From: an uncultured candidate division Zixibacteria bacterium
Lineage (GTDB): Bacteria; Zixibacteria; MSB-5A5; UBA10806; 4484-95
Assembly (NCBI GenBank): GCA_963668625.2
Contig: CAXXKA010000006.1
Span: forward strand, 416,001 to 480,000
DNA: 64,000 bases
Direction of reading: 5' to 3'
Shown: positions 9,328-19,580 of the stretch, in pieces
Numbering within the stretch: position 1 is the first letter of the stretch
Layout of the letters: the number at the start of each line of letters is the position of its first letter
Made by a program: the position numbers and the translations under genes
Notes under the pieces: model-generated
Databases searched by the model: none
What the model saw: the letters and a program-made list of their open reading frames with translations, nothing else
Told to the model about the DNA's origin: nothing

Positions 9328-10834
9328 AAATATAATCAGATGGTATGTTATCAACTATTCTTGTGTTGTCGACCATCCAATACTCTAAATAGTTTATTGG
9401 ATTTTCGGTTGGGCACCCCTCATTATAAATGCAGCTACCGGCATCTTTATCATTGATATAAATCAAATTTATTGAATAACCATTGTAATTTTCAGCTAAT
9501 GATGACCAATTATCATTAGCACATTCTCCCGGTTGACATCCAGGAGATGCTGAACATGTAATATTACGCATATAATACCAGTGGTTATTATTCTCATATC
9601 GACTTGACATATAAATATCACCATTGCCAAACCCGGAAGCCGCCACATCCGAGGTATCGAATTGCGTCCAGGTGACTACCATTTCATTCCAATTATAAGA
9701 TGCACTTAAATTCATTTTACAGATAGGTCGATTCCAGGCTCCGGAGATATATGTCCATTGCGAGTCTGGGTGATGAGTTATTTCACAAATCTCATTGAAA
9801 TATTCATTATAATACAATAGGTAAGTCCTGAAGTAGACGCTATCCTTAACAACCCATTGAGCATTCCAAACCGCATTGATATCATCATTGTAATCTATAA
9901 CGAAATCCAGATCTGTATATGCGTACAAAGAGTCAGAGTCGTTTTCGTAATCAGTGATATTATGCCTACCGTATCTCCAGTTCCAGCTATGGCCATCCCG
10001 CGACTCGAAGTATACGATATCATTTTTCCATTGAGTGGTTGTATCACATGATTTCGCGTAACCAATAACTACTTTATCAGAAACAGGAGATGTCGTAACA
10101 ACTGAGCTAATAACTTTTACCGTATCAATGAGTACCATATCTGTCCAGGTAATACCGTCGTCATCAGATCTGCAATACGTTAACCTGAACCTGCCTCGAT
10201 CAGCGTATTCATTCATTACTAAATGGATATTGTTATTTCCATCAATTGCTATCGACGATATTGACATACGACCTGAGAAAGCCGGTGAGCTATGACTATA
10301 GCGAGCTGCTGGATAGTAGTGATCAAAGATTCCCACACCCGGTTGATACATCTCGACGGCGACCGTGACGTTTGAATCGTAAGCATCATGATTATAAGAA
10401 ATCGCGCTGGTATTATCATTAAATGCTCCTAATGTCGGAAGTAACGAGGGGGTATTTTCACTTGCACTTCCGCCTTCCTCATCAGCATACCAATCACCAT
10501 CCTCGCTGATCCAGTTAAAATACACATGGCAGGGAGCGGGCGGGAGTGGCCAGCCGAATAACTTAGTCCAGCACATGTAAACTGAGCGATCCTCACATAC
10601 AGCTATTCGGTTACCTGATGAGCCTATTGATTGCTGATCATAAAATGAGTATCCCGCTATATCACCCGGCGAGTCAGTCGCTAAACCATGATTATAAGGA
10701 ATGGCATTAACCATTGAGCTAGTATCAGGTATATATTTAAAATCATGTTCTATTAATTGCATTTTTGCCGACTGCTGAGCTGGTAAAGGGTAGCAAAATA
10801 TTAATATTATTAATACAATAAAGATATTCCTCAT
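9077..10834 (-). CDS. Paralog of 6746 gene, Asp-box protein with C-terminal sorting domain
   Basis: Shares SPGDI.GY..YD.Q, QW.NDI.Y, AYTDLD, GAWNR..CKM, WTQFDTSDV motifs; start set after SD GGAGGA. Confidence 0.85.
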   Translation of the reverse strand: MRNIFIVLIILIFCYPLPAQQSAKMQLIEHDFKYIPDTSSMVNAIPYNHGLATDSPGDIAGYSFYDQQSIGSSGNRIAVCEDRSVYMCWTKLFGWPLPPAPCHVYFNWISEDGDWYADEEGGSASENTPSLLPTLGAFNDNTSAISYNHDAYDSNVTVAVEMYQPGVGIFDHYYPAARYSHSSPAFSGRMSISSIAIDGNNNIHLVMNEYADRGRFRLTYCRSDDDGITWTDMVLIDTVKVISSVVTTSPVSDKVVIGYAKSCDTTTQWKNDIVYFESRDGHSWNWRYGRHNITDYENDSDSLYAYTDLDFVIDYNDDINAVWNAQWVVKDSVYFRTYLLYYNEYFNEICEITHHPDSQWTYISGAWNRPICKMNLSASYNWNEMVVTWTQFDTSDVAASGFGNGDIYMSSRYENNNHWYYMRNITCSASPGCQPGECANDNWSSLAENYNGYSINLIYINDKDAGSCIYNEGCPTENPINYLEYWMVDNTRIVDNIPSDYILSQNYPNPFNQTTTISFELPEPEQVSLEIYDITGALVETLIKEHLPAGVHKINWNADKLASGTYIYRLKAGEQSEVNKAVLIK

Positions 10835-10929
10835 AATGCTTGTTCCTCCCAATCGTACAGTTTGGATAGAGCAATAATTCTTACTCTTATTATAAATGAA
10901 AGCAAATTAGCAGTTACCATTATTAATTA

Positions 10930-11222
10930 CTATTTAATTAAAACGGCTTTATTTATCTTTGATAACTCGCCCGCTTTGAGCTTGTAAAAATACGTCCCTG
11001 ATGCCAGCTTATCCGCGTTCCAGTTGATTTTATGCACTCCGGCGGGAAGGTGCTCTTTGATAAGAGTCTCAACCAGCGCGCCGGTGATATCATAAATCTC
11101 CAGGCTGACCTGCTCCGGCTCTGGCAGCTCGAATGAGATGGTAGTGGTTTGGTTGAACGGATTGGGGTAGTTTTGCGATAGCGATAGCTCGCGGGGGAGA
11201 GGGGAGTTGTCATCGATACCGG
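10930..11222. repeat. Sorting-domain DNA block, array 1 copy b
   Basis: Central ~185 bp nearly identical to copy a; linker shared with copy c. Confidence 0.9.
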
Positions 11223-12930
11223 TGGTGGCGTCCATTACTATATTAAGAAAGGAGTGGTATTCTGATACATATATATAATGAAAGAATTGTGTTCTGTATC
11301 CCGGCTTGGAAACTTTAATCGAGTGCTCTCCCGCCTCGGGGTAGACACTATAAATACCATTATCTCCCGTGAGAGAACTGGCAGTTGTGTAGAGCACCTC
11401 AACAAGCACGTTTTCGACAGGGGTCACTGAATCACCCTCCGTTATATTGCCTGATAAAGTCCCGCCAAAACCATCAATGATACAGAAATATTCATCATGA
11501 TATTTTACCTCATTGTTAGTCGCGGCGCCTTCACCGAGCATCGCGCTCCCCGGATCTTGATCATTGATATATTCCATGAAAAGTTCATCATGCATATTGC
11601 TTACCATAGATACATAAACTTCACTTGCACAATCTCCCGGCGCGCAGCCGGGTGAAGATGTGGCCGTAAAATTAACCGGTTGTTCCCAATAGTGATACCC
11701 AAAATAAGCAATCGAGTAGTATATATCGCCATTACCGAATCCATCAGCGGAGACATCAAGTGTATCATACTGTGTCCAGGCGATAACATAATTTCCGTTA
11801 TCAATCTGGGTCATATTCATTTTACATATAGGTCGATGCCATGTCGGTTGTATATCCGCCCAGGTAGAATCCGGGTGATGGCATACCTCATCGAGCGTGC
11901 CGATATCCTCATTGAAAAAGTACAGGTATGTTCTGTAATAAACATCCTCCTGCGTTGTCCACTGGGCGTTCCATGCGAGATTGATATTATCATGCGAATC
12001 TATCATCAAATCCAGGTCCGTATACGCCCATAGTGAATCGTCATCATTAGCGTAATTAGTGATATTAACTTTGCCGTTTTCGAAATCCCAGTTTATACCA
12101 TCCTCCGATTCGATATAGACGATATCGTTATGCCACTGTGAACTTAGATCGGAGGGTTTGTGATAGGCTATGACAACTTTATCGCTTGCCGGTGATGCCT
12201 CGATCATCGCGCCTATTACGGTGCAGGTGTCGATTACTACAGGATCAGTCCAATTACGACCACCATCATCTGATTGAGTGTAAGCTAGCCTAAGAGGTCC
12301 ATCGCCTGTGTTCTCGTGCATGATAATGTGAATGACATTGTTTCTATCAACTGCTACCTGCGGCCATAGACAATAACCGGGGTAGTCATCCATCTGCGGA
12401 AATACTTGATTAGGCACAATATGATGATACCAATCATCATGATAATATCCTTCTGCTAAAAATATTACGCCCATAGTATCCCAATTAAAAGACTGAAATG
12501 CCAGGGCATGATAATTCTCATTGAAAATATCAAGCGATGGGAATAAACTTGGTTGATAACCGCTTAATGGTTCCCCCTCCTCGTTTGATGGCCAATGCCC
12601 ACTTCCTCCATTCCAATTATAATAAACCAAACTCGAATCGTTTAGCGTTTGCCAGTCATATGCTTTTATCCAGGTGAAATACATACTGCCATCTACGCAT
12701 ATACCAGTCCTGTTGCCAACAGAACCGATAGATTGCATATCCCAATAGGTATGACCAATTGTAGCGATGTTAGCTACTGCCGGCGCGCTTTCAGGAATAA
12801 TCTCAACCTCGGGTAATTCCTCCGCGCCTGTTATAAACCTGTTATGATCTAAAGGCATTTTATCAGATGATTGCGCGATAAGCATTGAACTGCATAATAA
12901 TAGCATTGATAATATATAGAATTGCCTCAT
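10930..12930 (-). CDS. Paralog with extra carboxypeptidase-regulatory-like domain and C-terminal sorting domain
   Basis: Same core motifs; GTLSGNITE..PVENVLV..GIYS..SKPGY domain; CTD. Confidence 0.85.
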   Translation of the reverse strand: MRQFYILSMLLLCSSMLIAQSSDKMPLDHNRFITGAEELPEVEIIPESAPAVANIATIGHTYWDMQSIGSVGNRTGICVDGSMYFTWIKAYDWQTLNDSSLVYYNWNGGSGHWPSNEEGEPLSGYQPSLFPSLDIFNENYHALAFQSFNWDTMGVIFLAEGYYHDDWYHHIVPNQVFPQMDDYPGYCLWPQVAVDRNNVIHIIMHENTGDGPLRLAYTQSDDGGRNWTDPVVIDTCTVIGAMIEASPASDKVVIAYHKPSDLSSQWHNDIVYIESEDGINWDFENGKVNITNYANDDDSLWAYTDLDLMIDSHDNINLAWNAQWTTQEDVYYRTYLYFFNEDIGTLDEVCHHPDSTWADIQPTWHRPICKMNMTQIDNGNYVIAWTQYDTLDVSADGFGNGDIYYSIAYFGYHYWEQPVNFTATSSPGCAPGDCASEVYVSMVSNMHDELFMEYINDQDPGSAMLGEGAATNNEVKYHDEYFCIIDGFGGTLSGNITEGDSVTPVENVLVEVLYTTASSLTGDNGIYSVYPEAGEHSIKVSKPGYRTQFFHYIYVSEYHSFLNIVMDATTGIDDNSPLPRELSLSQNYPNPFNQTTTISFELPEPEQVSLEIYDITGALVETLIKEHLPAGVHKINWNADKLASGTYFYKLKAGELSKINKAVLIK

Positions 12931-12952
12931 ACCGTTTACTCCTCATCCATTC

Positions 12953-13245
12953 TCATTTAATCAAAACAGCTTTATTGACCTCTGATTGCTCGCCTGCTTT
13001 GAGCTCGTAAAAATATGTCCCTGATGCCAGCTTGTCCGCGTTCCAGTTAACTTTATGTGCTCCGGCTAAAAGGCGCTCCTCTATAAGAGTCTCGACCAGC
13101 GCGCCGGTGATATCGTAAATCTTTAGCTCGATCTCTCCCGGTTGGGGCAGCTCGAATGAGATGGTGGTGGTTTGGTTGAACGGGTTGGGGTAGTTTTGCG
13201 ATAGCGATAGCTCGCGGGGGAGAGGGGAGTTATCGTCGATGCCGG
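12953..13245. repeat. Sorting-domain DNA block, array 1 copy c
   Basis: 3'-most ~48 bp identical to copy a; linker gcgatagctcgcgggggagaggggagtt shared with copy b. Confidence 0.9.
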
Positions 13246-14947
13246 TTATTTCGTCCAGTTGGAAACTTACATATGTGTGCGATTCCCATTCAATTTCAAC
13301 TCCATATCTCCAATCAGTACGGTAGCCATCCAGTGATGCTTGAACCTCAATATGACCAATGGGAACGCCAAAATAACACCCGCCATATTCATTAGTTGTA
13401 TCTCTATTACATTCTTGGCCAGAGATGAAGGTGGTTATAATCGCTCCAGGTAAAGGCTCGCCTGATGAGTTCGTGGCAGAGACCATTAAGCTTCCCATAT
13501 CGCCTTGCCAAGCTATGCTTATATCTTGTATTATGATTGGGTTTTCAGTAGCCGAACCTTCATCATATATAATCGAGCCGGGATCTTTATCTTTTATGTA
13601 GCTCATATATTGTGAAAACTGATAATCATTAACGACTGAACATGAAATTTCGCTTTGGCCCTCGCCGGGATAACATCCCGGACTACGTGTGTTGGTAATG
13701 TTTCCATACCGGTACCAGCAATAATTATATTCTGGTATATATGCCTGGTGAAGATCAGCATTACCATAGCCGTTAGTTGAAACGTCAGATGTGTCAAATT
13801 GCGCCCATGTTAAAAAGAAGTTATTTTGTGAATAAGTATAACTTTGACTAAGATTAAGATTGAAAATAGGCCTGTTCCAGATACCGGCAATATCACACCA
13901 CAAGCTTTCCGGGAAGTGATGAACCTCTAATATATCATCTGTATACTCCCTATAATTATACAAATAGGTCCTGTAGTAAACCAGTGAATTGCTAATCCAT
14001 TGAGCTGTCCATACTATTTGAAGGTAATTGTTTTGATCAAAAATAATATCAAGATTGTTATACGCGCTCAAGGAGTCATCATCATTTGAGTAATTGGTGA
14101 TGTTGGTTCCACCATAACGCCAATTCCAGTCTGTTCCGAATTCCGCTATATGATATACAATGTCATTATACCATTGACTTTCATAGCTGAAGGGTTTTAC
14201 ATAAGCGACCGCGACATGGCTGCTATTCTCATTTGCGGATGATTCAATCACACTTGCTGGTAATGTGCAAGTATCGACCAGTTCCGGCTCAATCCAGTGT
14301 TGCCCCTCATTTGAGGATCTTGTGTAATATAAACCAAGCAAGTCGTTTTCAAAAAACTTGTACATCAAAAGATGTATTCTGTTTTGCGAGTCTACTGTGA
14401 TATAAGGCCACATATATCCTTCCGGACAACCAGGTGGATAATAGTAATCGAATACTCCTTGCTCTGATCCTCCACGATCAATTGCAATTGCTATACCCTT
14501 TTGGAAATTAGTATTTCTGCCGTGATACGCAATAACAGCACGATTACCGTAAATAATATCGATACTGGGATGGGCGGCCATTTCTAACGTATCTACTATT
14601 CCTATATTTATGATATTACCATTAGAATCAATCAGAGCATATTTTACATGAGTAAGTGTAGTTGGAGGATACCATTCCGGTAAATCTGTCCAGCAATTAT
14701 AAATATTGCCGTTTTCGCATAAATCAATTCTATTGCCTGATACACAAAATGATTGAAAGTCGTAGTATGTCGTTCCGAGTTCTATATCAGTAACAAACAT
14801 TTCTTGATCAGTATTTCCTGTAGTGTTCCATATATCCTCCAGCGGATTCGGAACAGGAATATTTATCATCGGCATAGTTTTAGACGAATCTGCATAAAGG
14901 GCGATCGATAAAACTAATATTAGTATTGAAATAATAATTACTCGCAA
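12953..14947 (-). CDS. Paralog with extra carboxypeptidase-regulatory-like domain and C-terminal sorting domain
   Basis: Same core motifs; GEPLPGA..TNEYG..ASLDGY; CTD; probable TTG start at 14947 after SD GGAGGAG. Confidence 0.83.
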   Translation of the reverse strand: MRVIIISILILVLSIALYADSSKTMPMINIPVPNPLEDIWNTTGNTDQEMFVTDIELGTTYYDFQSFCVSGNRIDLCENGNIYNCWTDLPEWYPPTTLTHVKYALIDSNGNIINIGIVDTLEMAAHPSIDIIYGNRAVIAYHGRNTNFQKGIAIAIDRGGSEQGVFDYYYPPGCPEGYMWPYITVDSQNRIHLLMYKFFENDLLGLYYTRSSNEGQHWIEPELVDTCTLPASVIESSANENSSHVAVAYVKPFSYESQWYNDIVYHIAEFGTDWNWRYGGTNITNYSNDDDSLSAYNNLDIIFDQNNYLQIVWTAQWISNSLVYYRTYLYNYREYTDDILEVHHFPESLWCDIAGIWNRPIFNLNLSQSYTYSQNNFFLTWAQFDTSDVSTNGYGNADLHQAYIPEYNYCWYRYGNITNTRSPGCYPGEGQSEISCSVVNDYQFSQYMSYIKDKDPGSIIYDEGSATENPIIIQDISIAWQGDMGSLMVSATNSSGEPLPGAIITTFISGQECNRDTTNEYGGCYFGVPIGHIEVQASLDGYRTDWRYGVEIEWESHTYVSFQLDEITGIDDNSPLPRELSLSQNYPNPFNQTTTISFELPQPGEIELKIYDITGALVETLIEERLLAGAHKVNWNADKLASGTYFYELKAGEQSEVNKAVLIK

Positions 14948-15113
14948 AATACTCCTCCCAATCATACAGTTTGAATAGAACTGATATTCTTACACCCGCC
15001 TACTAAAGAACGAAAATTAACAATATATAGTCAAATAAAAAGATAATAGCAGCATACAAGATGAGGTTATTCCGGAGTTAAGTCCCTCGTGGCCGAAGGA
15101 CGTCCTCGGCTGG

Positions 15114-15177
15114 CAGCTTTCGTTTGCAGGCAGACCAGTTGGGGCGACGCCCGGGCAAGCGATGACGTATCCCAACC
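15114..15177. repeat. REP-like palindromic repeat, related to 30559-30610
   Basis: gcaggcagacc(a/g)gttggggc...gacgta(t/c)cccaa shared in opposite orientation. Confidence 0.6.
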
Positions 15178-15260
15178 AAAAAGAGGTTGGTTCGATCTCA
15201 GGATATCTGCCAGTCAAGAGGAAATAACTATATAGGGGATATAAAAACGACTATTAATAT

Positions 15261-16148
15261 CTAACGGTAATGCTTTTCCAGCTTCTCTTTTATCTCATCA
15301 ATGTTTTGTTGATAAAGAAGTGGCGCTGTGTCGATGAATTCCTCGAAATAAACTTTAGCCATGCCCGAATCTCCGATGGCCTCGTAGACATTGCCCAGCA
15401 TCATTTTAGCCGGTGAATAGTGCGGATCGATGCCCAGAACGGTCATGAAATTCTCGATCGCCTGTTCGACCTGGCTGTTATCGAACGCTATGACACCCAT
15501 GTTATAGTACAGCTCGGTGCTTTCCAGGCCGTACTCGCGGGCTTTATTGAAATAGTACAAAGCCGAGTCGGGATGACCCGTAAATCCCAGATCGACACCT
15601 AAATTGAGATAGGCCTCGGGCAATGAATCGTTCAAAGCCAGGGCCTTTTGATAGCAATCAATAGCCTGATCAATACTGTCCATGTAATCGTAGGCCACGC
15701 CGATATCGTATAGTACGCCGACCGAGTCCTCGGTATGCGCCAGCGAACGACTGAAACATATTAACATCTGCTCGCCATCCGAAAATAGCTCGTGAAGGTA
15801 CCCCAGTTTGCGCCACGATTTCGCGTTGGTGGAATCGGCGGCGACCGATTTTTCGTATTGCTCGTACGCGCCGGGTATGTTGTCCTGAAGGTCGTGGTAT
15901 AGTCCGCGAAGGTAATACAGGTGGCTCAATTCAGGGCCGGACTCGTTGATTGCCAGAATATTCTCGGCCTGTTCGATATAGTCGGCGGCATCATTGAAGT
16001 TTTTCTGGTTGATAAATATCTCTACCAGTTCCAGACGGGTACGCCAATCCTTGGGATTATTAGCGGTTATCTCCTGAAGTTTCGAGATATCCTCGGGTTT
16101 GTCGAAATTGGAGGATATCAGGAACAGCGCAAGCAGTACGTATTTCAT
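15261..16148 (-). CDS. Tetratricopeptide-repeat protein
   Basis: Multiple TPR helices (AYLNLG, LYYNMG, LGNVY); start set at MKYVLL. Confidence 0.88.
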   Translation of the reverse strand: MKYVLLALFLISSNFDKPEDISKLQEITANNPKDWRTRLELVEIFINQKNFNDAADYIEQAENILAINESGPELSHLYYLRGLYHDLQDNIPGAYEQYEKSVAADSTNAKSWRKLGYLHELFSDGEQMLICFSRSLAHTEDSVGVLYDIGVAYDYMDSIDQAIDCYQKALALNDSLPEAYLNLGVDLGFTGHPDSALYYFNKAREYGLESTELYYNMGVIAFDNSQVEQAIENFMTVLGIDPHYSPAKMMLGNVYEAIGDSGMAKVYFEEFIDTAPLLYQQNIDEIKEKLEKHYR

Positions 16149-16202
16149 GTTATGGATATCGGCGGGAATTGGTTTGGGATGAGTTAAAATATAGTGGCGA
16201 TA

Positions 16203-16282
16203 TGTCATCTCCACGAAAGCGGGAATCTGGTTGATTAACCTCTAAGGTATGATGAGGAGATCCGCGTTTTCACGGGGATAAC
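16203..16282. repeat. Inverted REP doublet (ATTCCC-N8-GGGAAT type)
   Basis: tgtcatctccacgaaagcgggaatct ... agatccgcgttttcacggggataac; same family as 50578-50643. Confidence 0.7.
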
Positions 16283-16302
16283 CGACGGCATACAGAGATC
16301 AC

Positions 16303-16330
16303 AAAAAAGCCGGGCGTTTTAACCCGGCTT
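16303..16330 (-). terminator. Rho-independent terminator after cysS
   Basis: AAGCCGGG/CCCGGCTT stem plus U-tract. Confidence 0.8.
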
Positions 16331-16361
16331 GATTAATTAGCTAATTATCAAAAAGGTTATA

Positions 16362-17762
16362 TCAGAGTTTACGTTTCCAGCGAGTACCGGAGGGGCCGTC
16401 CTCTAATATGATACCCATCGAATCGAGTTGATCGCGAATCCTGTCGGCCTCGGCGAAATCCTTATCTTTGCGTGCCTGAATACGTTTCTCGATCAGTTCC
16501 TCGATCTCGGAATCAAGCGATCCGCCCTCATCCACATAGATAATACCCAACACCGAATCGAAACCTTTCAGCGTGGTTTCGACTGCTTCGGCATCAACTT
16601 TGGAGAGCTGTTGTTTTTCGCGGGCTACGTTAACATCCTTGACGAAATCGAACACGGCCGCGAAAGCAGGGGAGATGTTCAAATCATCATCCAACGAGCT
16701 TTCGAATTTCTCTTTAGCCTTGTTGATAGCTGCCGCGATATCAGGATTGCTGCCATCACCCTCAGTGTTTGCCAGGGAGTCTTTAAAATCGCGTAATCGG
16801 GTGATTGCGTTGGTAGCGGCTTTGGCCGCCTCGAACGTGAAATTCAACTGCATGCGATAATGAGTTGCCAGCAGAAGGTAGCGTACCGCCGAGAGGTTCA
16901 AACCCTTCTCCTGTAAATCCTGAATAGTGTAGGTGTTGCCTAACGATTTGGACATCTTCTGTCCCTCGACTATCAGGTGGGCGCAGTGAAGCCAATAGTT
17001 TACGAATTTCTTGCCGGTTGCTCCCTCGGCCTGGGCTATCTCGTTTTCGTGATGCGGGAACATGTTATCTATACCGCCGGTGTGTATATCGAATGACTCG
17101 CCCAGGTATTTCATGCTCATGGCGGAGCATTCGATATGCCAGCCCGGTCGACCTTTGCCGAGCTCGGTTTCCCAATAAACCTGGCCGTCCTCCGGCGTCC
17201 AACCTTTCCACAGCGCGAAATCGGAGGCCGTGTCTTTTTCGTACTCGTCGGAGTCGATCCTGGCGCCGGTTTTCAACTCGTCCAATTTCATGTGGGATAG
17301 CTTACCGTATTCGGGAAACGAGGCAATCTTGAAATAAACCGAATCGCCCGATTTGTAACCGTGACCTTTTTCCAGAAGTATCTTCACCATATCCACCATC
17401 TCCGGTATATGAGTGGTGGCTTCAGGGTAGTGCTCGGCACGCTCGATATTCAGAAGGTCAAGATCGCGGAAGAACATCTCTTTGAATTGCTTGGTGTGCT
17501 CATCCAGAGGTATACCTCGAGCGTTGGAGTCGCGAATGGTTTTATCATCTATATCGGTGAGGTTCATCACCTGCGTAACTTTATTACCTTTGTACTTAAG
17601 GTAGCGGCGAAGTAAATCCTCGAACATGTACGCTCGGAAATTACCGATATGCGCCTGGGCGTATACCGTGGGGCCGCAAGTGTACATGCCCACCTCGCCG
17701 TCTTTGATCGGTTTGAATTCCTCGTTTTGACGGGTTAATGTATTGAAAAATTTGAGCGCCAT
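16362..17762 (-). CDS. cysS: Cysteine--tRNA ligase
   Basis: CGPTVY, HIGN, GRPGWHIECSAM, HHENE, KMSKS. Confidence 0.99.
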   Translation of the reverse strand: MALKFFNTLTRQNEEFKPIKDGEVGMYTCGPTVYAQAHIGNFRAYMFEDLLRRYLKYKGNKVTQVMNLTDIDDKTIRDSNARGIPLDEHTKQFKEMFFRDLDLLNIERAEHYPEATTHIPEMVDMVKILLEKGHGYKSGDSVYFKIASFPEYGKLSHMKLDELKTGARIDSDEYEKDTASDFALWKGWTPEDGQVYWETELGKGRPGWHIECSAMSMKYLGESFDIHTGGIDNMFPHHENEIAQAEGATGKKFVNYWLHCAHLIVEGQKMSKSLGNTYTIQDLQEKGLNLSAVRYLLLATHYRMQLNFTFEAAKAATNAITRLRDFKDSLANTEGDGSNPDIAAAINKAKEKFESSLDDDLNISPAFAAVFDFVKDVNVAREKQQLSKVDAEAVETTLKGFDSVLGIIYVDEGGSLDSEIEELIEKRIQARKDKDFAEADRIRDQLDSMGIILEDGPSGTRWKRKL

Positions 17763-17763
17763 A

Positions 17764-18834
17764 TTACCTCTCGGTTAGTTTCCTGACTGTCTCCTTATCG
17801 AGTTTCTTTATTACGGCAATAAGCAGTTTAACCAGGTTATCGAAATCATCGCGATGAATGATGCTCGTATGACTGTGAATGTATCGAGTGGCTACACCGA
17901 CATATATGCTGGGCACGCCCGAACGACTGAGATGAATCCTGCCGCCATCGGTGCCGCCACGAGCCAGAGCGCCGAAATGGAACGGGATGCCGGCTTCCTC
18001 GGCGGTATCGATGACGAAATCACGCAGTTTGCGATGAGCTATCATGGTGCCGTCGAGAACGTTAATCGATGGGCCGGAACCGAGCTTACCGCCCTCGTAT
18101 TTCTTGGAATCCGGGCCGTCCGTGGCCAGGGAGACATCCGCGACGAAAGCGATATCGGGATCGACCGCCCAGGCGGATGTTGCCGCGCCACGAAGCCCGA
18201 CTTCCTCCTGAACCGTACCTACGCCGAAAACAGTGTTGGGGTGATCGACGCCTTTGAGCTTATTGATTACCTCAACGGCGGCGGCGACACCGATCCTGTT
18301 ATCGAACGCTTTATTCAAATACATCTTGGGATTATGCATTACCGTGAATTTCGTATCCGGTACTATAGGATCGCCGGGACGAATTCCCATCTCTTTGATA
18401 TCGATATCTTTTGTCACGCCGACATCGATATACATATCATCCAGATCGAGCACTTTCTTGCGCTCGTCGGCTTTAAGGATGTGCGGCGGTTTGGAACCGA
18501 TTACACCGAGCACATCACCCTTTGTTGTTCTGATAATAACTCTCTGGGCCAGGGCTACATGTCCCCACCAACCGCCAAGCGGCAGGAATTTGACATAGCC
18601 GTCATCGGTAATATCTTTTACGATAAATCCGATCTCATCCAGGTGACCGGCAATCATGATTCGAGGTGAATCGGTCGTGCCTTTTTTCTTGGCGATTATG
18701 CTGCCGAGTTTGTCATAGGTTACCTCATCGGCTGCTTCGAGATGCTCGTTCGCTACTTTGCAAATGTCCTCTTCGAAACCAGATACGCCGTGAGCGTTGG
18801 TCAGATCCGCTAATAGTTTTTCAGTTTTATCCAC
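17764..18834 (-). CDS. M42 family aminopeptidase
   Basis: GVSGFE, HLDEIG, KAFDNR, VQEEVGLRGA, GGTD, RYIHS. Confidence 0.95.
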   Translation of the reverse strand: MDKTEKLLADLTNAHGVSGFEEDICKVANEHLEAADEVTYDKLGSIIAKKKGTTDSPRIMIAGHLDEIGFIVKDITDDGYVKFLPLGGWWGHVALAQRVIIRTTKGDVLGVIGSKPPHILKADERKKVLDLDDMYIDVGVTKDIDIKEMGIRPGDPIVPDTKFTVMHNPKMYLNKAFDNRIGVAAAVEVINKLKGVDHPNTVFGVGTVQEEVGLRGAATSAWAVDPDIAFVADVSLATDGPDSKKYEGGKLGSGPSINVLDGTMIAHRKLRDFVIDTAEEAGIPFHFGALARGGTDGGRIHLSRSGVPSIYVGVATRYIHSHTSIIHRDDFDNLVKLLIAVIKKLDKETVRKLTER

Positions 18835-18843
18835 TGTCGCTCC

Positions 18844-19566
18844 TTATTTTAAAACAATAGTCTCTAGTTCGTTCAAATCCTCGATCGAATAATCCGGCTC
18901 GATACCGTCGGGGTTTTCCCGTCCGGCGCGATATCTCCAGACGGATTCTATTCCCGAATTCGCCGCCCCGGCCACGTCCGCATCGAAACGATCACCTATG
19001 AATATCGCCTCGGATGGCTCGACGTTGGCCTTGTTCAACGCCATCTCGAATATCGCTTTTCCAGGTTTTCTGACACCCACGCTCGAGGAGAATATGGTAA
19101 AATCAAAATACTTTAGCAAGCCAAAACGTTCCATTTCTCCAAGATGATATTTTTCGGGGAAGATCGAATTCGATATCAATCCGATTATAAGACCGGCTGC
19201 CTTTAATTTTTTCAGGATAGTATCGGCATTGGGTATCATCGTCAATTGCTCGGTAACGGGTTTATAGTATATCCCGGCGAATTCCTCTACAAAGCCATCC
19301 TCGGTTCTTAAGCCCATGCGCTTGAATATCTCGGCTACAACGCCGAACAATTCTACCTCGGAGTAGTTCTCGCGGCTATCCAAAATATCTCTCAAATGAC
19401 GGTAAAATTCTGGGCCGAATTCGTTTACTACAGTTAAATGGGGAAATTTCTTTTTAGCGAAGGGGAAAGCGGCCATTATCCCTTTTTTGCCAAGTTCGTC
19501 CCAGGTGTAGTTTTCGTATTCGATCAAGGTACTGCCCAGATCGAAAAACACCGCTTTATATTTCAT
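18844..19566 (-). CDS. HAD-family hydrolase
   Basis: FFDLGSTL, ISN, RKP..IF, IGD...DV.GA. Confidence 0.9.
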   Translation of the reverse strand: MKYKAVFFDLGSTLIEYENYTWDELGKKGIMAAFPFAKKKFPHLTVVNEFGPEFYRHLRDILDSRENYSEVELFGVVAEIFKRMGLRTEDGFVEEFAGIYYKPVTEQLTMIPNADTILKKLKAAGLIIGLISNSIFPEKYHLGEMERFGLLKYFDFTIFSSSVGVRKPGKAIFEMALNKANVEPSEAIFIGDRFDADVAGAANSGIESVWRYRAGRENPDGIEPDYSIEDLNELETIVLK

Positions 19567-19580
19567 ACATTCTCCAAAAT

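Noticed and set aside
17854-18669. 271-aa plus-strand ORF
   Set aside because: Antisense shadow of the M42 aminopeptidase; no recognisable motifs.
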